This document shows positions 1-14,155 of a stretch of DNA of 64,000 nt, one piece after another. Position 1 is the first letter of the stretch, and each line of letters starts with the position of its first letter. The translations under genes and the position numbers were made by a program. The notes under the pieces are model-generated. The model had not been told where the DNA came from. It did no database searches and saw only the letters and a list, made by a program, of their open reading frames with translations. Origin of the DNA: the human T2T-CHM13v2.0 reference genome, Homo sapiens. The stretch lies in assembly GCF_009914755.1 (NCBI RefSeq), contig NC_060930.1; one strand, given 5' to 3'.

Positions 1-249
1 ATTTTATATTGAAAGAAAATCTCCCCCATATCTTTTGTTATATTTCTTTTCTCACTTCCACTGTTTTATGTTTTATTATTTTTTTAACTCAGGCCTTCAT
101 TCTTTTTTTCCTGTTTAGATTTGCCAGGGATTGGCGTTTCATATATATGTTTTTAACTTTAAAATACATGAAATCTTTCCTACAGAAAAGATTAAGTACC
201 AATAGATACCAAAGTTTTACCATATTCTCTTCATTTCATTTTTAACTTT

Positions 250-1830
250 TAAAATAAATGAAACAGTAGGTAAAGCTAGAACTCACCTGTTTTCTTTCAT
301 TTTTCTCTTGCTTAAGAGGGTAGATGTGTCTCATTCCATTTCTTTTTAAATACATTTATGCATTTAAAATCAATATGTACTATTATTTTGTGGTTTTAAT
401 TTCCAAAATTTTGCCGTATAGTAAACATCACTTTGTGCATTTTTCTCTTAATAATAATATTTTTAGATTTATGATATATGTTGGTGTTTACAGATCTAGT
501 TTATTCACTTAAACTGCTCTGTAGCACTCAAACTTTCTGAGTAAATCTCTGTATCTTTTACTCTAAGACAGGTTATTTCTAAATTTGTTTTTCCATATTA
601 TATGATGATCTTTTCATTTTTTTATGCAGCTATACAGACATTCTCTAAAAAGACTATTTAAAAACAAAATTGCTTGATAATAGAATATTTCTAAATTAAA
701 CTTCACTCAATAGTGCTAAATTTTCTTCAAAATTTTTTATTGGTTTACACTCCCACCAGCAATTCCCACTGTACTACACTTTCATCAGCATTTGATGGTG
801 CCATTTTAAATTTTGCTCATGTATTTTTAATTTCCACTCAGGTTTCTTGCTGTGTGAATTGTGTGGTAATATCCTTTGCTAATTTTTCTATAGGTTCTTC
901 GCATTTTTCTTACTGATTTGTAGGTATTCTTTATATCTTCTATACTCAAATGGTGTCCTTGGTATATTGATCACAAATATCTTTCCTCCTAAATGACTTT
1001 CTTTTTCTTGAGTCATCTTTTGTAAGTTCAAACTTTTTATTTCAATGGAGTCCTATTTAATGAATTTTTCTTTATTAGATTTTATTTCATGTCGTATTTG
1101 AGAAATTGTTTCCTATCCTAATGCCATGAAGTTATTCTAAATGTTTTATATCTTTATTTTTTATTAAAAGTCTTTCTTAGTAAACTGTGTATTTAATAAA
1201 AATTCAATGCATACTTAGGTCTTAATCCTTTTGGGATAAATTTCTGTGTATGGTGTGAGGTAGAGATCAACTTTTGTCTTTTTCTGTATGCACGATCAAC
1301 TGCCCCTTGACATTTATTGAATAAATCATGCTTTCTCCACTGATTTGTATTGCCATCTCTGCCACATATTAAGATTTCATTTGTATGTTTCCATGATGTG
1401 TTTTCTGTACCTGTGGAAAGTTTTATCTATTTCTATACTAATTTCTCCTTGTTTTAATTACTATAATTTTATAGAAGGTTTTGATACAAAATAGAGTGTC
1501 CATTTTTGTTCTTCTTGAAAATTGTGCTGGATATTCTTTAGCTTTTATTCTATTACATGAATTTTAAAATCAGTTTTTCAATTTTCATGATATCCTTCTT
1601 AGGGTTTTGATTGAGATTAATTTAATTTATAGACTAATCTTGGGAGAATTGATAGCTTTTATAATATTTATTCTTCCCATTTTTTTCTTTTAACTTATAT
1701 TTCCTATGTGGACTTTCTAGAAAGTCTCACAACTTTCATCATGAAGGTCTTTTGCTTCATTTACTCCTTAATGTTTTGGTGTTATTGTTGTTGTATATAA
1801 ATGTTATCTGTTAGGAAATTATGATGTCTA
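250..1830 (-). mobile_element. Ancient L1 (L1M/L1ME-like) fragment
   Basis: T-rich, with antisense L1 3'/ORF2 motifs: tttacactcccaccagca, tgtatggtgtgaggtag, tttgattgagatt...ttgggagaattgata. Boundaries approximate. Confidence 0.75.
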
Positions 1831-4800
1831 ACTATCAACTGAGGAAAAGAGGAGAACAAAGCATGCCAATAGAGCAGGAAAGGCAGAATTTCACTAGACG
1901 GAATCTTTTAAAGTCAGGTGGTAGCAAGGCTATGGCAGTGTCTAATTCAGGGGAGGGATGAAGAGACACGTTGGTCAGCATATATTTGACTCCAGATTAC
2001 CAGCCCTTAATTGGAGAGCTAATATAACTCACACATATACAGAGGGCAGCTGGTATTTGTCATCTCTGTCTGAAGCTTGCTGGTTTGCATGTATGGAGCA
2101 ATAGCAATAGCTAAATTGAGGAACACACTGGCCAAACCATGAGAAGAGAGTTACACTGGACATTTATAATACAATAGTGATGGCTCTAATTTTCTAAGAT
2201 AGATTGAGATTGATTTTAATGTATATAGCATATATATGGCTTGGCCTTCAAATCTCAGCTGAGCTCCTACAAAACATAATGTGGCTTAGTGGGAGGATTT
2301 TAGGAAGAGGGGACAGAGTTTTGACATTTTATATATAACATATTTCATTGCTTCTCAGATGCATAGGAAGTTCAAAGAAACTTTACAAATTTGACTTCAT
2401 GTTCCTTTCTTCTCAATTTACAGTAAAATCTCTATATTTTACTCCATTGATTCAGGCTTTATTGATATTCCCTTTGATGCAAGGTTATTCCACTAGAGCA
2501 CACCTACAAAATTATGAAACTCAAAGTGTGTTCAAGTAACTGCAGTACAATCGGCCATGAAATAAAATAAATTCAGATAACCAACAATCTAAGCTGACTC
2601 ACTCATGAATGCACACACACAGACACACACACTCGCTCTTTCTCATACACGTTCATATCAGTCTTACTTTAAAAAAACTCATAAACAAGTTTTAATATTT
2701 CATTATAAGTCATTTTATGAATATTTACAGAAAATATTTGCCAGTTTACCTACTATTCCCCTTTTTTAAAATCTTTTTTTTAATCCCTGCATTTCCTTTT
2801 TGATTACCAATTCCCAGAGGGCCAAAAATCCAGCCTTCCTATTTATATAAGCTCACATCATTCCCAATTCATGTTATACTACAAAGTCCATAATCAGTAG
2901 AGAAAGTTCTAGTGTTTTTCAAAGCATCATATATCAACCGTTTGATGTCTCATTCTAACCCCTGACTTGATCTATATCAGGCAATACATAGACTAAAATA
3001 CAGGACTGGAATGAATTCATTGCTAATCTTGTGAAGATTCAAATGCAAACATTAAACATAAAGCAACATTTCAAAAAAACTACAGTTTCCCCCTATCTAG
3101 ATATTTACTTAATGTTAATTTTTCTACCTCTAGCAAATGTTGCTGTAATGTTTGTGAAGCAGACGTTTTTCCTCCACAGGAGCATTTGGGACCTATCCAT
3201 GTACTACAAATAAGACTGAATGAATGAGAAGGCAAACGTCAAAATGTACAGTGGGAAATGGGTTAGGAAGATATTTTAAGGAAAAATACAATGCAAAAGT
3301 AGTTATATGAAGGGAGGAGGCAAAGAAAGAGAGGAGGAAGCAGTGTCATCACCTAACAGGAGCTCATTAAACAGACACTGATGAGAGAAGTCCAGTGTCT
3401 AAAAGCTATTGCAAACTGACTTGGGAACAGTACTTGGAAAAGGGGTGACAATTTGTATTCAAATTTCAAAATTTTTTTTTGATGTTTGAAGTTAATTTCT
3501 TTTTAAATTTACATACAGGAAGATTTATTCTTTGAGGGGTGGCTCTCCTAAATTCCAACACGTTCCTATAGCCTCTAGAGATCATTGCAGTCACCTGTCT
3601 AAATAAAGTCAGCAGTGAATGAACGCAAACACAAACATACACACATACAACATCCCCTCCTTCCCCTCCCCAGCAACCTTCAAGAAATGTCATGGGATTT
3701 CTGGTCCCAACACACAAAAGACCAGAACATTCATTGAAAACAGGACAATAGAGATCTTGTTAACATTCTAGTGATCTCCAAGGGCATAGTAAGACTGTCC
3801 CGCCCCAGAGACCTTCCCTATTGTCCCAGTGACAACAATTTATAGCCTGCAGTGCTAAAACCCTGCACCCTGGCTTCATTTGAATCACCGTTTTGTTGAC
3901 TTATACTTTAAGATTTACTGAGACTCCTTGTCACTAAGATTTGTACCAGTGAGATAAATACTACTGAGTTAAAATTCTCTTCCTTTTCGGTTAACTTCCT
4001 TATCTTGAAAGAATATCTTACTAATCTGGAAAAAGGTTATCTCTTAAAGCTTTCAGAGGAGTTTTGTAATTTTATTGGATTGAAAGCTTGCATTGTGTCA
4101 CTATTTTTTTTATGTTACCTGGCACAGTCATAAGCAAAAATGTTGTGATGGTCTCATCAGAAATTCCATGGTTAAATTATTTTCAGAAAAATAATGTAAA
4201 AGATAACAAACTTTCTTTTCATCCATGAGGATACAATTTTAGAGATATAATTAAAAGACTTTGGAAGGTGTGGGGGAAAATCCTGTCCATTTATACTCAG
4301 AATAATGCTCTTAGGTACAATATAGCACACCTGTGAAAAACAGAGAAATATGCTCCCTTGGTATTTACCCATTGCATTCCAAATAAAATGGAAATACATG
4401 ACCTGAAGTGGTGTGTGTACATGTATTTCATTCCCCTTTTAACACCAAGACACAATAAAGTTGGGTGGGAGTGAGACTTCTTATAGCAGTTAATACAGAA
4501 ATTGATGGTTAAATAGAAGATCGATAAAGATGCCGCTCTTTTACCTATACAGCACTGAAAATACTATTGCTGGTTCAGTATACATTAAATAATTTCAATA
4601 ACTTCACTATTGGACTTTGAAATATAAAGTTATTTTACTAAGCACTGCCCTAAGGATTTTTTTTTTGGAAGAGATGCATAATTTGTATTAATATTTATTT
4701 TCCAAATAACTTGTTGTTTTAATATGGCTTATTCATATTTGAAATGGGACTTCCTGCTCCACCCCACTAATTACCACATCTCCCTAAAACTCAGCTGGGA

Positions 4801-6679
4801 TCATCTAAGGGAAGGAGGTCTGTACCCAGCTGTCTCTATCCTAAGGGGTAGGAAGAGTCACTTATGGCAACATCTCCAGGGAGATTTTTTTGACTGAAGC
4901 TCTTCTAATTTCCTTGGTAAAAGAGCCTGTCTATGTTCTCCTTGTAATACTGCCAACAACTTACATGTGTATGGCAAGAAGCTGATTTTTCCTGTGTTGG
5001 GAAAAAGAGGCTCCAGCAGTCTGGATTCACCAGCTATTAAACATATAGATTAGAATTAGACCTGAGTGAAGATTCTTGTGCAAGCCAACATTTTTCATAC
5101 AGCTCTAATGAGCCCCTATTGTATTGGCAAGCCTTGACCTCTAAAGCTCTCGAGTTTGCCCTGGTGCTCTGTCTATAGAAGACATGGAGAAAATTGTGAA
5201 TTCAGGTTAACTCTCCTGTAAACACAAGTGAACTATAGGAGCAGCCCCCGCTAAATCTAGGAAAACGACTAGGGAATTCTTTGGTTGTAAGAACTGTCTT
5301 GTGTCAGATGATATCTCAGAGATGGCTTCTAGGAATGCATTTAGTCAATTTTTTATTTTCTTCTATACAAGTGGGGCCTAGGCTGTATATTCAAATGGGA
5401 TTTTGATTGTGAGCTCTCTTGAGGAGGTAATACAGTCCATATGATGCTTTCTATGTAGCAATACATAATAAATGTTATACCCAAATAATTAGACACATGA
5501 TTAGTTACTCATAAAAGTTCACTGAGCACAGGGTGGTAGTTTGCAAGGAAGGGACTATTTTCCATCGAGAATTAAGTTTAGGTCAGACCTTACTGACCAT
5601 AGGCAGGAGACTATATTTTTCTAAAACAAAGACATATAGTCTCAAACAATTAAGGAGTAGTCAGTGATAAGCCTATCCTGCATTTCCTCTGCTTCTTTAG
5701 AAATTTAATCTCTATCCACGTGAAAATGTCTGTCAGTCATTGACAGGTATACATTTTAACTTCAGTTCTTTATATCTCTCAGACAGAATTCTATCACTAG
5801 TATCTGAAAAATTGTAGCTCTATGAGGTTAGCTTTTATCCAACTCACATAGACTGCCTGGCGTAATTACTAAAGGTCTGATGAGTGAATGAATAAATTAA
5901 CAAAGGCCCAAATTCCTCATACATATTACCAGACTTCAAACTAAACGCACTATTGCTGGTAGATAAAGATTTTATGAGAGTAGAGAGAAAGAGTCCAGGG
6001 TCACTTGTTCATAGCCATTGAATGTCAATAAAGCTGAGTGACTCCCAGACCACAGTGGGCTTGGTTGACTTACACGATGTTTTCGTTTTTGAAATGAACA
6101 ATTGGGATTAGGATGTGGACTTGGCAAATAAGTGTGAGATCCTGGTTCTAGGCAAGAGTCACTATTTTTCTTTCCTCTTTCCTTTCAAAGAAACGTATTA
6201 CTAACCAATTAAATTATTTCAAATTATTACTGACAAATTATTTTAAAATCTAGTTTTGACTCATAAGTCATGCTCAAAAATCAATAAGTCTGGACTCCAC
6301 AGGAGTGTGGTAACTCTTATAAACAAAGAAGTAAATATTCAGGAAGACAAAGCTACATTTGATTTTTTTAAGTAGAAATTTTTAAAACATAGCAATCTAA
6401 TTATGGAGGTATGACTAACTATAGATATCTCAATAGAGGTCAGAGAAAAACCTTCCCTACTTGAATCCTTTATAAAATACTACTATAAAACTTGAAGAAC
6501 ACTTCAAGTTTTCATCCAATCCAATTAGCAGATTAGCTAGCAAACCCTACTACGTGAAAATGTCAATATTAACAAACAGTTTACTGAGGAACAACAAAAA
6601 TATGGCTGGAGATAATTGATTAAGAGAGAAAATTATTACAGGAGCTCCAGACTAAGAGGCCAGAGATCTAAGCCAGCCA

Positions 6680-6752
6680 CACTGACGGTTGTTAGACCAA
6701 GTATCTGGGCATCACAGCCTAACCAAATGGACACATACAATTAACCATCATA
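6680..6752 (-). mobile_element. MLT2 (ERVL) LTR 5' end fragment
   Basis: Reverse complement reads tgatggttaattgtatgtgtccatttggttaggctgtgatgcccagatacttgg, matching the MLT2 start TGTGATGGTTAATTTTATGTGTCAACTTGG. Confidence 0.65.
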
Positions 6753-7439
6753 ATAGGTCTTGAGGTTTGCCAGAAGACTGTATTTGAAGAGACAATCTTG
6801 CTCAGTTCAACCCTATGCTAGTTCTCACCTTCATCCCACAAGGCTTAGAAATCTAATTTTTGTCAACAACTTGAGAGGCATTCTACCTTTAAAGATAAGA
6901 CCTATATTAACAGAGCTCACACGACTTGAAATATACCTATCATGGGTGTTAAAATCCTTGCATTGGCATGACCAGCACATTCTGTTTGTGTAAACACATC
7001 AACTTAAAAGCTAAATTGTAATCAAATGTTTGCTACGTGAACAAGAAGTCAGAATTCAAACGTTTCATAGCACAAGGTTAAGTTGGATTGGCGCATTCAT
7101 CTCCAACATGGGAACATTATTGCCAGTGAGGTTGGAATGATGCCAGATGTTTGTTTTTGGCCAAGCAACTCTTTCCCTGGATTGGACTCAGATATACAGA
7201 AAGCACTCTTCTTTTCCAGGCTTACGTTGCAGACACTTCCCCTTTTGGTTGACACATTTTTTTATATGTTCATATATTTAATTATGTTAAACTAAGTTTT
7301 GCAGGTCTGATATTACCACTGGTACTTAATATTTACTAAGGAATGGAGAAAGAGACAAATGAGCAACCTTTAAACTCTAAACTTAAAGTCCATGTGTGCT
7401 CTAGTGAAAAGATAATTAATATTAGCATTGGATAGGCCT

Positions 7440-7590
7440 AGGTTCAGAATATTGTTACCAATTTCTTTATCTGTAAAATAGATAACACATTGGGTTATTT
7501 GAGAATTAAAATGAGATAATGTAGAAAAAAGAACCAGTGAATATATACTGACATAGAGGAAGTAATCAATAACTAATAATTACTTGAATT
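7440..7590 (+). mobile_element. MIR fragment
   Basis: MIR core tttctttatctgtaaaat...gagaattaaaatgagataatg. Confidence 0.6.
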
Positions 7591-7732
7591 TGCTCCCCAT
7601 CCCCTCCCCTGCCTTGAGATTTGTATGCATTTGAAGGTGGAAAAGAGGGAGATGTTAACTTTTATCTAGACTCAAGATGCAAATACTTGGCAGAGTTAGA
7701 GCCATAGTGTGTGATAACAAGTCATGACACAC

Positions 7733-7807
7733 TGTATTAGTCAGGGTTCCCTAGAGGGACAGAAGTAATAGGATATATATATATATATACACGCACACAT
7801 ACACACA

Positions 7808-7846
<39 letters not shown>

Positions 7847-8257
7847 ACACATGCACATATATAAAAGGCAATAGGATATATATTATTAAGTATTAACTTA
7901 CATGATCACAAGGTCACACAATAGGCTGTCTGCAAGCTTGAGGAGCAAGGAGAGCCAGTCCGAGTCTCAAAGCTGAAGAACTTAGAGTCCGATGTTTGAG
8001 TGCAGTAAGAATCCAGCACGGGAGAAAGATGTAGGCTGGGAGGGTAGGCCATTCTAGCCTTTTCACATTTTTCTGCCTGCTTCATATTTGCCGGCAGCTG
8101 ATTAGATTGTGCCCACCAAATTAAGGGTGAGTCTGCCTTTCCCAGCCCACTGATTCAAATGTTAATCTCCTTTGGCTGCACCCTCACAGAGACACCCAGG
8201 ATCTATACTTTGCATCCTTCAATCCAATCAAGTTGACACTCAGTATTAACCATGACA
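7733..8257 (-). mobile_element. MLT2A LTR (3' LTR of HERV-L)
   Basis: Begins tgtattagtcagggttccctagagggacagaa, contains the typical TA/CA microsatellite, ends caagttgacactcagtattaaccatgaca, and directly abuts the HERV-L PPT. Confidence 0.92.
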
Positions 8258-9118
8258 AGTCCACCCTTTGTCAACCTGAACCCATACAAATCTCCTGAGA
8301 TCATAGATAATTTTCAACTAAAGACAGTAATAAGGTCATAATTCCACCTAATACAACTATCCTTTGTACAACTGGAAGCACACCAATCTCCAACCCAAAT
8401 ACTATTACATAAAGTTGACAATACTTAAATGCTGATATGAAGTCAATTAATCTTATGTCACATGATAAAGGAAAAGGAAATAAAATGAAGATATTTTCTT
8501 AGTACAAGTGTATACCTGCACAAGCATGTTTTTAACAAAAGGAGGAGGAAATACTCCTGATAGTTACAGTCCTCATTTCTGCAGCTGGTCACGTGGTTTT
8601 AGCTGATATTGATGGCTACCTTCTTCTACTACCCATTCTGTATTTCCTTTGCCTTCAACAAGCACCTTGGCAGGCCGTGATTTTCTCTTGGTAGAGTGAC
8701 CCAAACCTTCATTCCTGAGGGGTCTGGACTATTTGTAGTCCTGCCTGGATTGGGCTGTTGTAGTTTCCCATTGACCTAATCACAGGGCATGGTAATACTA
8801 AGAGATGCCCTAATGGATCTCCTGTATTCCATGCATACTCTTCCTTACCTCCATTATGGAGTAGTAGACTGATTTCATTTTGATAGTCTAGGTCAGTCAC
8901 CCCAGCCGACACTGTAACTCCCTTCTTAGCCTGTTGACTTAAAGGTAGGAGGAGCCCAAAGAGTACAGGTGGCAATCTTAACCTCCAGTTTAATGGAATC
9001 CTTGTTGTGTCTCCTGGTGGCAGTGTTCTTCCCTCTGGAACTAAGACCTCTAGGCCAGCAGAACCCAATGTCACAGGAACAGGAAGCAAAATTTTTGCTA
9101 GTGGATCACTAGGGGTGA
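8258..9118 (-). mobile_element. HERV-L internal 3' segment (PPT to dUTPase), truncated
   Basis: Minus-strand PPT gttgacaaagggtggact next to the LTR; continuous HERV-L-like sequence up to aggggtga at 9118, then unrelated DNA. Confidence 0.9.
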
Positions 9119-9125
9119 AACCCAT
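8709..9125 (-). pseudogene. HERV-L dUTPase remnant ORF
   Basis: Translation TPSDPLAKILLPVP..SAGLEVLVP..LPPGDTTRIPLNWRLRLPP..GVTDLDYQNEI..WNTGDPLGHL matches ERV-L dUTPase with motif III (GVxDxDY); apparent 1-nt deletion near 8777 shifts the C-terminus. Confidence 0.85.
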
Positions 9126-9559
9126 GCCAGTTCTTGGAAATTCTAGGCAAATCGTCAATGAGCAAACAAATGACAATCTCAAGTAGTTCTATGATATGAG
9201 GCATACCCCACTAGTGCACGATAAAAGCTGAGAAGGCCTGTGTCTGAAGTCCATGACTGGTCTAATGAAGAATGTTGAGTCAGAAGGTCAATGATAAAGG
9301 ATGCTACCAAATAAAGCATTCCCTTTCCAACAGAGTATGAGACAATGAGAATTACTGTGTCCCACATTTTGCTATGGTCTTTGCCTTCTATGTGTGAGGT
9401 TATGAACTCTATAAGCCGGAGGTTATATATGTTTGAGGTTATAAACTATAAGCCTGCTAGAAAAATAAATATATATATATTCATATATATGTGTATAATA
9501 TGTATTTAAAAGTAATTTCTATATGAGACAGTATAACCTGACTTAAGAAGTACAGGTGG

Positions 9560-9760
9560 GGAGTTGAATGATTGGGTTTATGTTCTGATTTAGGCACATA
9601 CTAGCTGTACAACCCTTGACATTTTACCTGAGAGCTCTAAACTTCAGTATCCTTATGTTAATAACTACCTACAGGGTTGTACCAGGGATTAAATAATAAG
9701 AAAAGCCCGTTGTAAGGTGCTATTCAGATGTTCATCATTCAAATATTCAAGTGTCAGTTA
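9560..9760 (+). mobile_element. MIR
   Basis: ctagctgtacaacccttgac...cttcagtatcc...acctacagggttgtaccagggattaaat. Confidence 0.6.
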
Positions 9761-10578
9761 TTACCATAATTAAATAGCTTTGTAATTGAAAAATTTTATG
9801 TATAATATTCTTTACATTTCTGTAATACTTGTCATTTGGGATCATAAAATCATCATAAAACTTAATTAATAGTGTATGTGTTATCTATCTACTATATTTA
9901 AAATTTTATTTGAAAATATACCTGGCTACACTAAATATAGTTTCCTTTGAATGGTGTCATTTTATTTTTAAAAGTACAAATATTTTAAAATAAGCTTAAT
10001 AGTAATGCCTTTACTAAGTTTAGATTATTTTATATAAAAAATCACAAAGAACACGATTTTGCTCTAAACAAAGACAAAGGGAAGCTATCATGAGAAACTC
10101 AAATTCCTAAATTTCCTGGAAACTGGTCTAAATCCTCAGCTCTTAGCCAGAGGGGAAATGTGAGTAGACTTTAAACTGAGATAGTAGTTATTGTCTTCCC
10201 CCAGAGGTTTCCAATTGCAGGTCTAATCCAGTCCTCAGTGGCTGCATTTTAGATTCAATTTTGCTCAGGCATTTGCTACATTGTTGGGCAGAGCCCTCAG
10301 GGGAGTGAATTTTGAGGAAAGACCTGAAAGAAATAAGGGAAAGAGCTGTGCCAAGACCAGGGAGAAGAGTGTTCAAGACAGAGGTAAGAGCAAGAGCAGA
10401 GGCCCTGAGGTGGTACCCAGTTCAGCAAGTTTGAAAAGAAACAGGAAGCAAAAAGGGACAGGCAGGAGGATTCTCGTGTCCACAGAGGACCCACCAAGCA
10501 GAAGAGAGCACTGAAGGAAAGTCAGGGCCCTGGGCCCTCATATCTCTGGGTCTTTCTGATAATGTTCTCTTCACTTGG

Positions 10579-10955
10579 TGTATTAGTCTGTTCTCACACT
10601 GCTATAAAAAAATACCCAAGACTGGGCAATTTATAAAGAAAAGAGGTTTAACTGACTCACAGTTCTGCATGGCTGGGGAGGCCTCAGGAAACTTATAATC
10701 ATGGCAGAGAGAGAAGCAGGCACGTCTTACTTGGTGGCAGGTGAGAGAGAGCCAGTAAGAGCAGGGGAAACTGTCTTATAAAACTATCAGATATGAGAAC
10801 TCACTCACTATCATGAGAATAGCATGGGGGAAACCTCCCCATGATCCAATCACTTCCCTACCTGAACATGTGGGGATTACAGGTCCCTCCCTTGACATGT
10901 GGGGATTGCAATTCAAGATGAGATTTGGGTGGGGACACAGAGCCAAACCATATCA
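10579..10955 (-). mobile_element. THE1D-like solo LTR (MaLR)
   Basis: tgtattagtctgttctcac...ccaaaccatatca; perfect 5-bp TSD cttgg at 10574-10578 and 10956-10960. Confidence 0.9.
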
Positions 10956-11023
10956 CTTGGAATTCCTTCTTTTCTCTTTGATTTGCTCTCAACATGTTAT
11001 TCATCCTTTAAGAACCAACTCCA

Positions 11024-11454
<431 letters not shown>

Positions 11455-11852
11455 CTATCTAGAATTTTACAGACTATTAAGTACTTACACATCCAGGTAT
11501 CTTCTTGGTGGTCAAAACTGACCTGTAAATATCCTGTGGTCCTTGATGGGCAGAAGAGGAAGAACATTTCAGGGAGAAGCTCAGTAACTCAGGGGTAAGA
11601 GCACAGCCTTAGTCTTTTGCCCAAGCTGGGTTCATCTCACCACCCTTCAGCCTTAGTTATTTCTCTTTCTCTCACTCCCACCATTAGCTGTAATCAACCG
11701 GAGGGTGAAGGCTGTGTCTGAGCTCGTCTCTTTCCTCTTCTCTATACTTTCTGGAGCAGACACTGCTGGAATGTCACTTGGAGTCCTGGGTCAGTGTCCT
11801 TTTTTCTTCAATGGTCCCTGCAAATCCTCTTCTTCCTATAGACTCAAGCTAC

Positions 11853-12120
11853 TGTAGCAGCTGGATCCCAAAGACAGAATTCAAGGAGTGTCAGGGAGTT
11901 TACCTTCCCTGGGGGGTGGTTTTAGCCAGTGGCTGACTGACAGGAACCCTTGCCTCAGATTGGGATAATCCTTTACATTCCAGGGCTCCTCTGAGGATTA
12001 GGCTGAATCTATTCCTCTCTGAGACTTTGCCTGAAATTTGCACTGCTTCCCACCTTCTGCCCTGGGAGCATGTCCTTTAAGAAATCATTGGTACATCAGT
12101 CCCCTTCTCAGAAACTGACC
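11853..12120. mobile_element. LTR16-like ERVL LTR fragment, probably within L2
   Basis: ccctgggagcatgtcctttaagaaatcattggtacatcagtccccttctcag resembles LTR16; weak, by eye. Confidence 0.4.
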
Positions 12121-13129
12121 TTCCCCATGCCTATACCAAAAACACCTAACCCCAAAATTTTCCCCAGCCCCAGAGTCTAGCACATGTTGCTCAATGTAGC
12201 AGATAGATAAATGTTCATTGGTTGGAAATTGCTGTGAACCAACCTGCAGTAGATAGTCAATATACTGATGTATATTATCATTTGTTTGTGTAACAAGCAT
12301 TACTATGGGACTGTCTTCCATGTATTTATTATTCCACTGCATTCATAAAAACAAACATGGCTCCACCTTAATCAGTTACAAGAGGGAGATTCTATTTTCA
12401 ACCTAAGGGTATTTGTCACCTTGGAGTTGTTTTTCCCTATAGTATAAATTGTAAAAATATGTTAAATTTCTTCAAGTCACCAAGAACTGGGTAGCTCATT
12501 TAATTAATATACAATTTTCATAGTTAACACGAAGAAATATTGCATATAATATTTGTAACTTTAAGTATCGTTCTCATATGTTAAGGAAGGACGTTCAGTT
12601 TTTTTCAAGGAAAAGAAAGGTTTGTTAGGTTATCAATTTAAAAAAAATACAGACTTCTGAATGAAGGATTAATTTAAAATTAAGCAATCTAGATGTATGA
12701 AATGAGGCCCATAAATAATGGAAATGGAATGCTTTAGTATAATTATTTACTTTTTCCAGGAAACCTCATTGTCTGTTTAAATAGAAGCCCACCTACGTGC
12801 ATGTGTGCACACACACAGGCCTAGATGTCCACAACACAGAATGGATTAAAGCATGTTTTCTCCACTTATAAATGCTACACGCTTAAATTTCTACAAAGCA
12901 GGGTCTTTCTACCCCTGCTTCATCCTCCTCAACCAGATGAGGGCTTTCCCTCTTACTAGGGTTTCCATGGTGGCATCTGGTAGGTTTAACTTGGCACTCT
13001 GCGTGTTCTCAACTAGCCTTACACTTTCCCTGAGCCAGTGGACTTTTGAGACAATTGGAGACATATTTGTATCCCTCACCACATTTTTCAAAGCCCTTTG
13101 CACATTGGAATTACTCATAAACTTTTAAG

Positions 13130-13701
13130 ACTTAGTGAATTTATTTTTTTCTGATCATAAAATTGTACATACTTTTGTAGAAAAAGAGAAATTGCAGAAA
13201 CATTTAGCAAACTGTAATAAAATTAGCCAAGATCTAATCACCCAGAGATTACCCTTGTTAATGTTTTAGGATAGTTCCTTTTATCATTTTTTCTATGTAA
13301 ATTTAATACATATATACAAACACAATTATTGAGGAGTTATTTTTTAAGCTGTATCTTATTGTAAAAACAATTTGGTATCTGACTTCTAAAATTTAATATA
13401 TCATTAGAAGTTCGCATTGCTTTATTCTACTAAGTCATGACTTTTATATGTTATTCAATATTCTATCACATTGCTATGTCATAATTTATTACAACCTCTC
13501 CATATTACTGGACTTTTAGATTGTTTCCAATATTTTGCTCTTATAAACATTATAAATAATCCTATAATAAACATTTTTATACATATACAGTCCTAGAAGT
13601 AAATGAATAAAACTATAGAAATACATTATTTTTGGAAAGTTTGTACGAATTTATTTTGTTATGAATAGTAAGAGTAGCTATTATACAATCCCCTCAACAA
13701 C
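13130..13701 (-). mobile_element. Ancient L1M fragment (host of the provirus)
   Basis: ggacttttagattgtttccaatattttgctcttataaac antisense L1 3' motif. Confidence 0.65.
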
Positions 13702-14141
13702 TGATGCAGGATTTTTTGCTTCTTAGTTCAGCTAAATCCAGGTTTGAGTCTCAACACCAAAAAAAAAAAAAAAAAAAAAAATAGGCACATGGGCACATTG
13801 AAAGGTGAGGTGGGTGAAATTTATTAAGCAAAAGGAAAGCTCTCAACAAAAAAAGGGTTCTTGTACTCAGGTTTTCCACTTTACAAAAATTGAATACCAG
13901 GCCACCACATACAAACTGAAGAGGCCCCTCCCCTGCATCAGGTGCAAATTCCTAGTGGTTCCAACCTGTCCTTCCAGTGTCCATGTGGACCATTAGTCTG
14001 AGCCAGTCTGCATTGATTTATTGATCTATTTCCCTTATTGCATATGTGTTAAGGGACAGAATTTTTCACTGTGGGGATGTTTAGGCAAGCCCCTGGTGCA
14101 CAATGACCTGGGCAACATTTGGCTGTCTCCTGCCTCTATCA
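13702..14141 (-). repeat. 3' LTR of provirus
   Basis: tgatgcaggattttttgc...ctcctgcctctatca, followed by the PPT complement ttcccccctttaac. Confidence 0.92.
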
Positions 14142-14155
14142 TTCCCCCCTTTAAC
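14142..14155 (-). other. Polypurine tract
   Basis: Minus strand gttaaaggggggaa immediately before the LTR TGA. Confidence 0.88.

Noticed and set aside
12853-13128. Antiparallel 69 and 91 aa ORFs in unique DNA
   Set aside because: No recognisable domain or exon structure; lengths are within chance range
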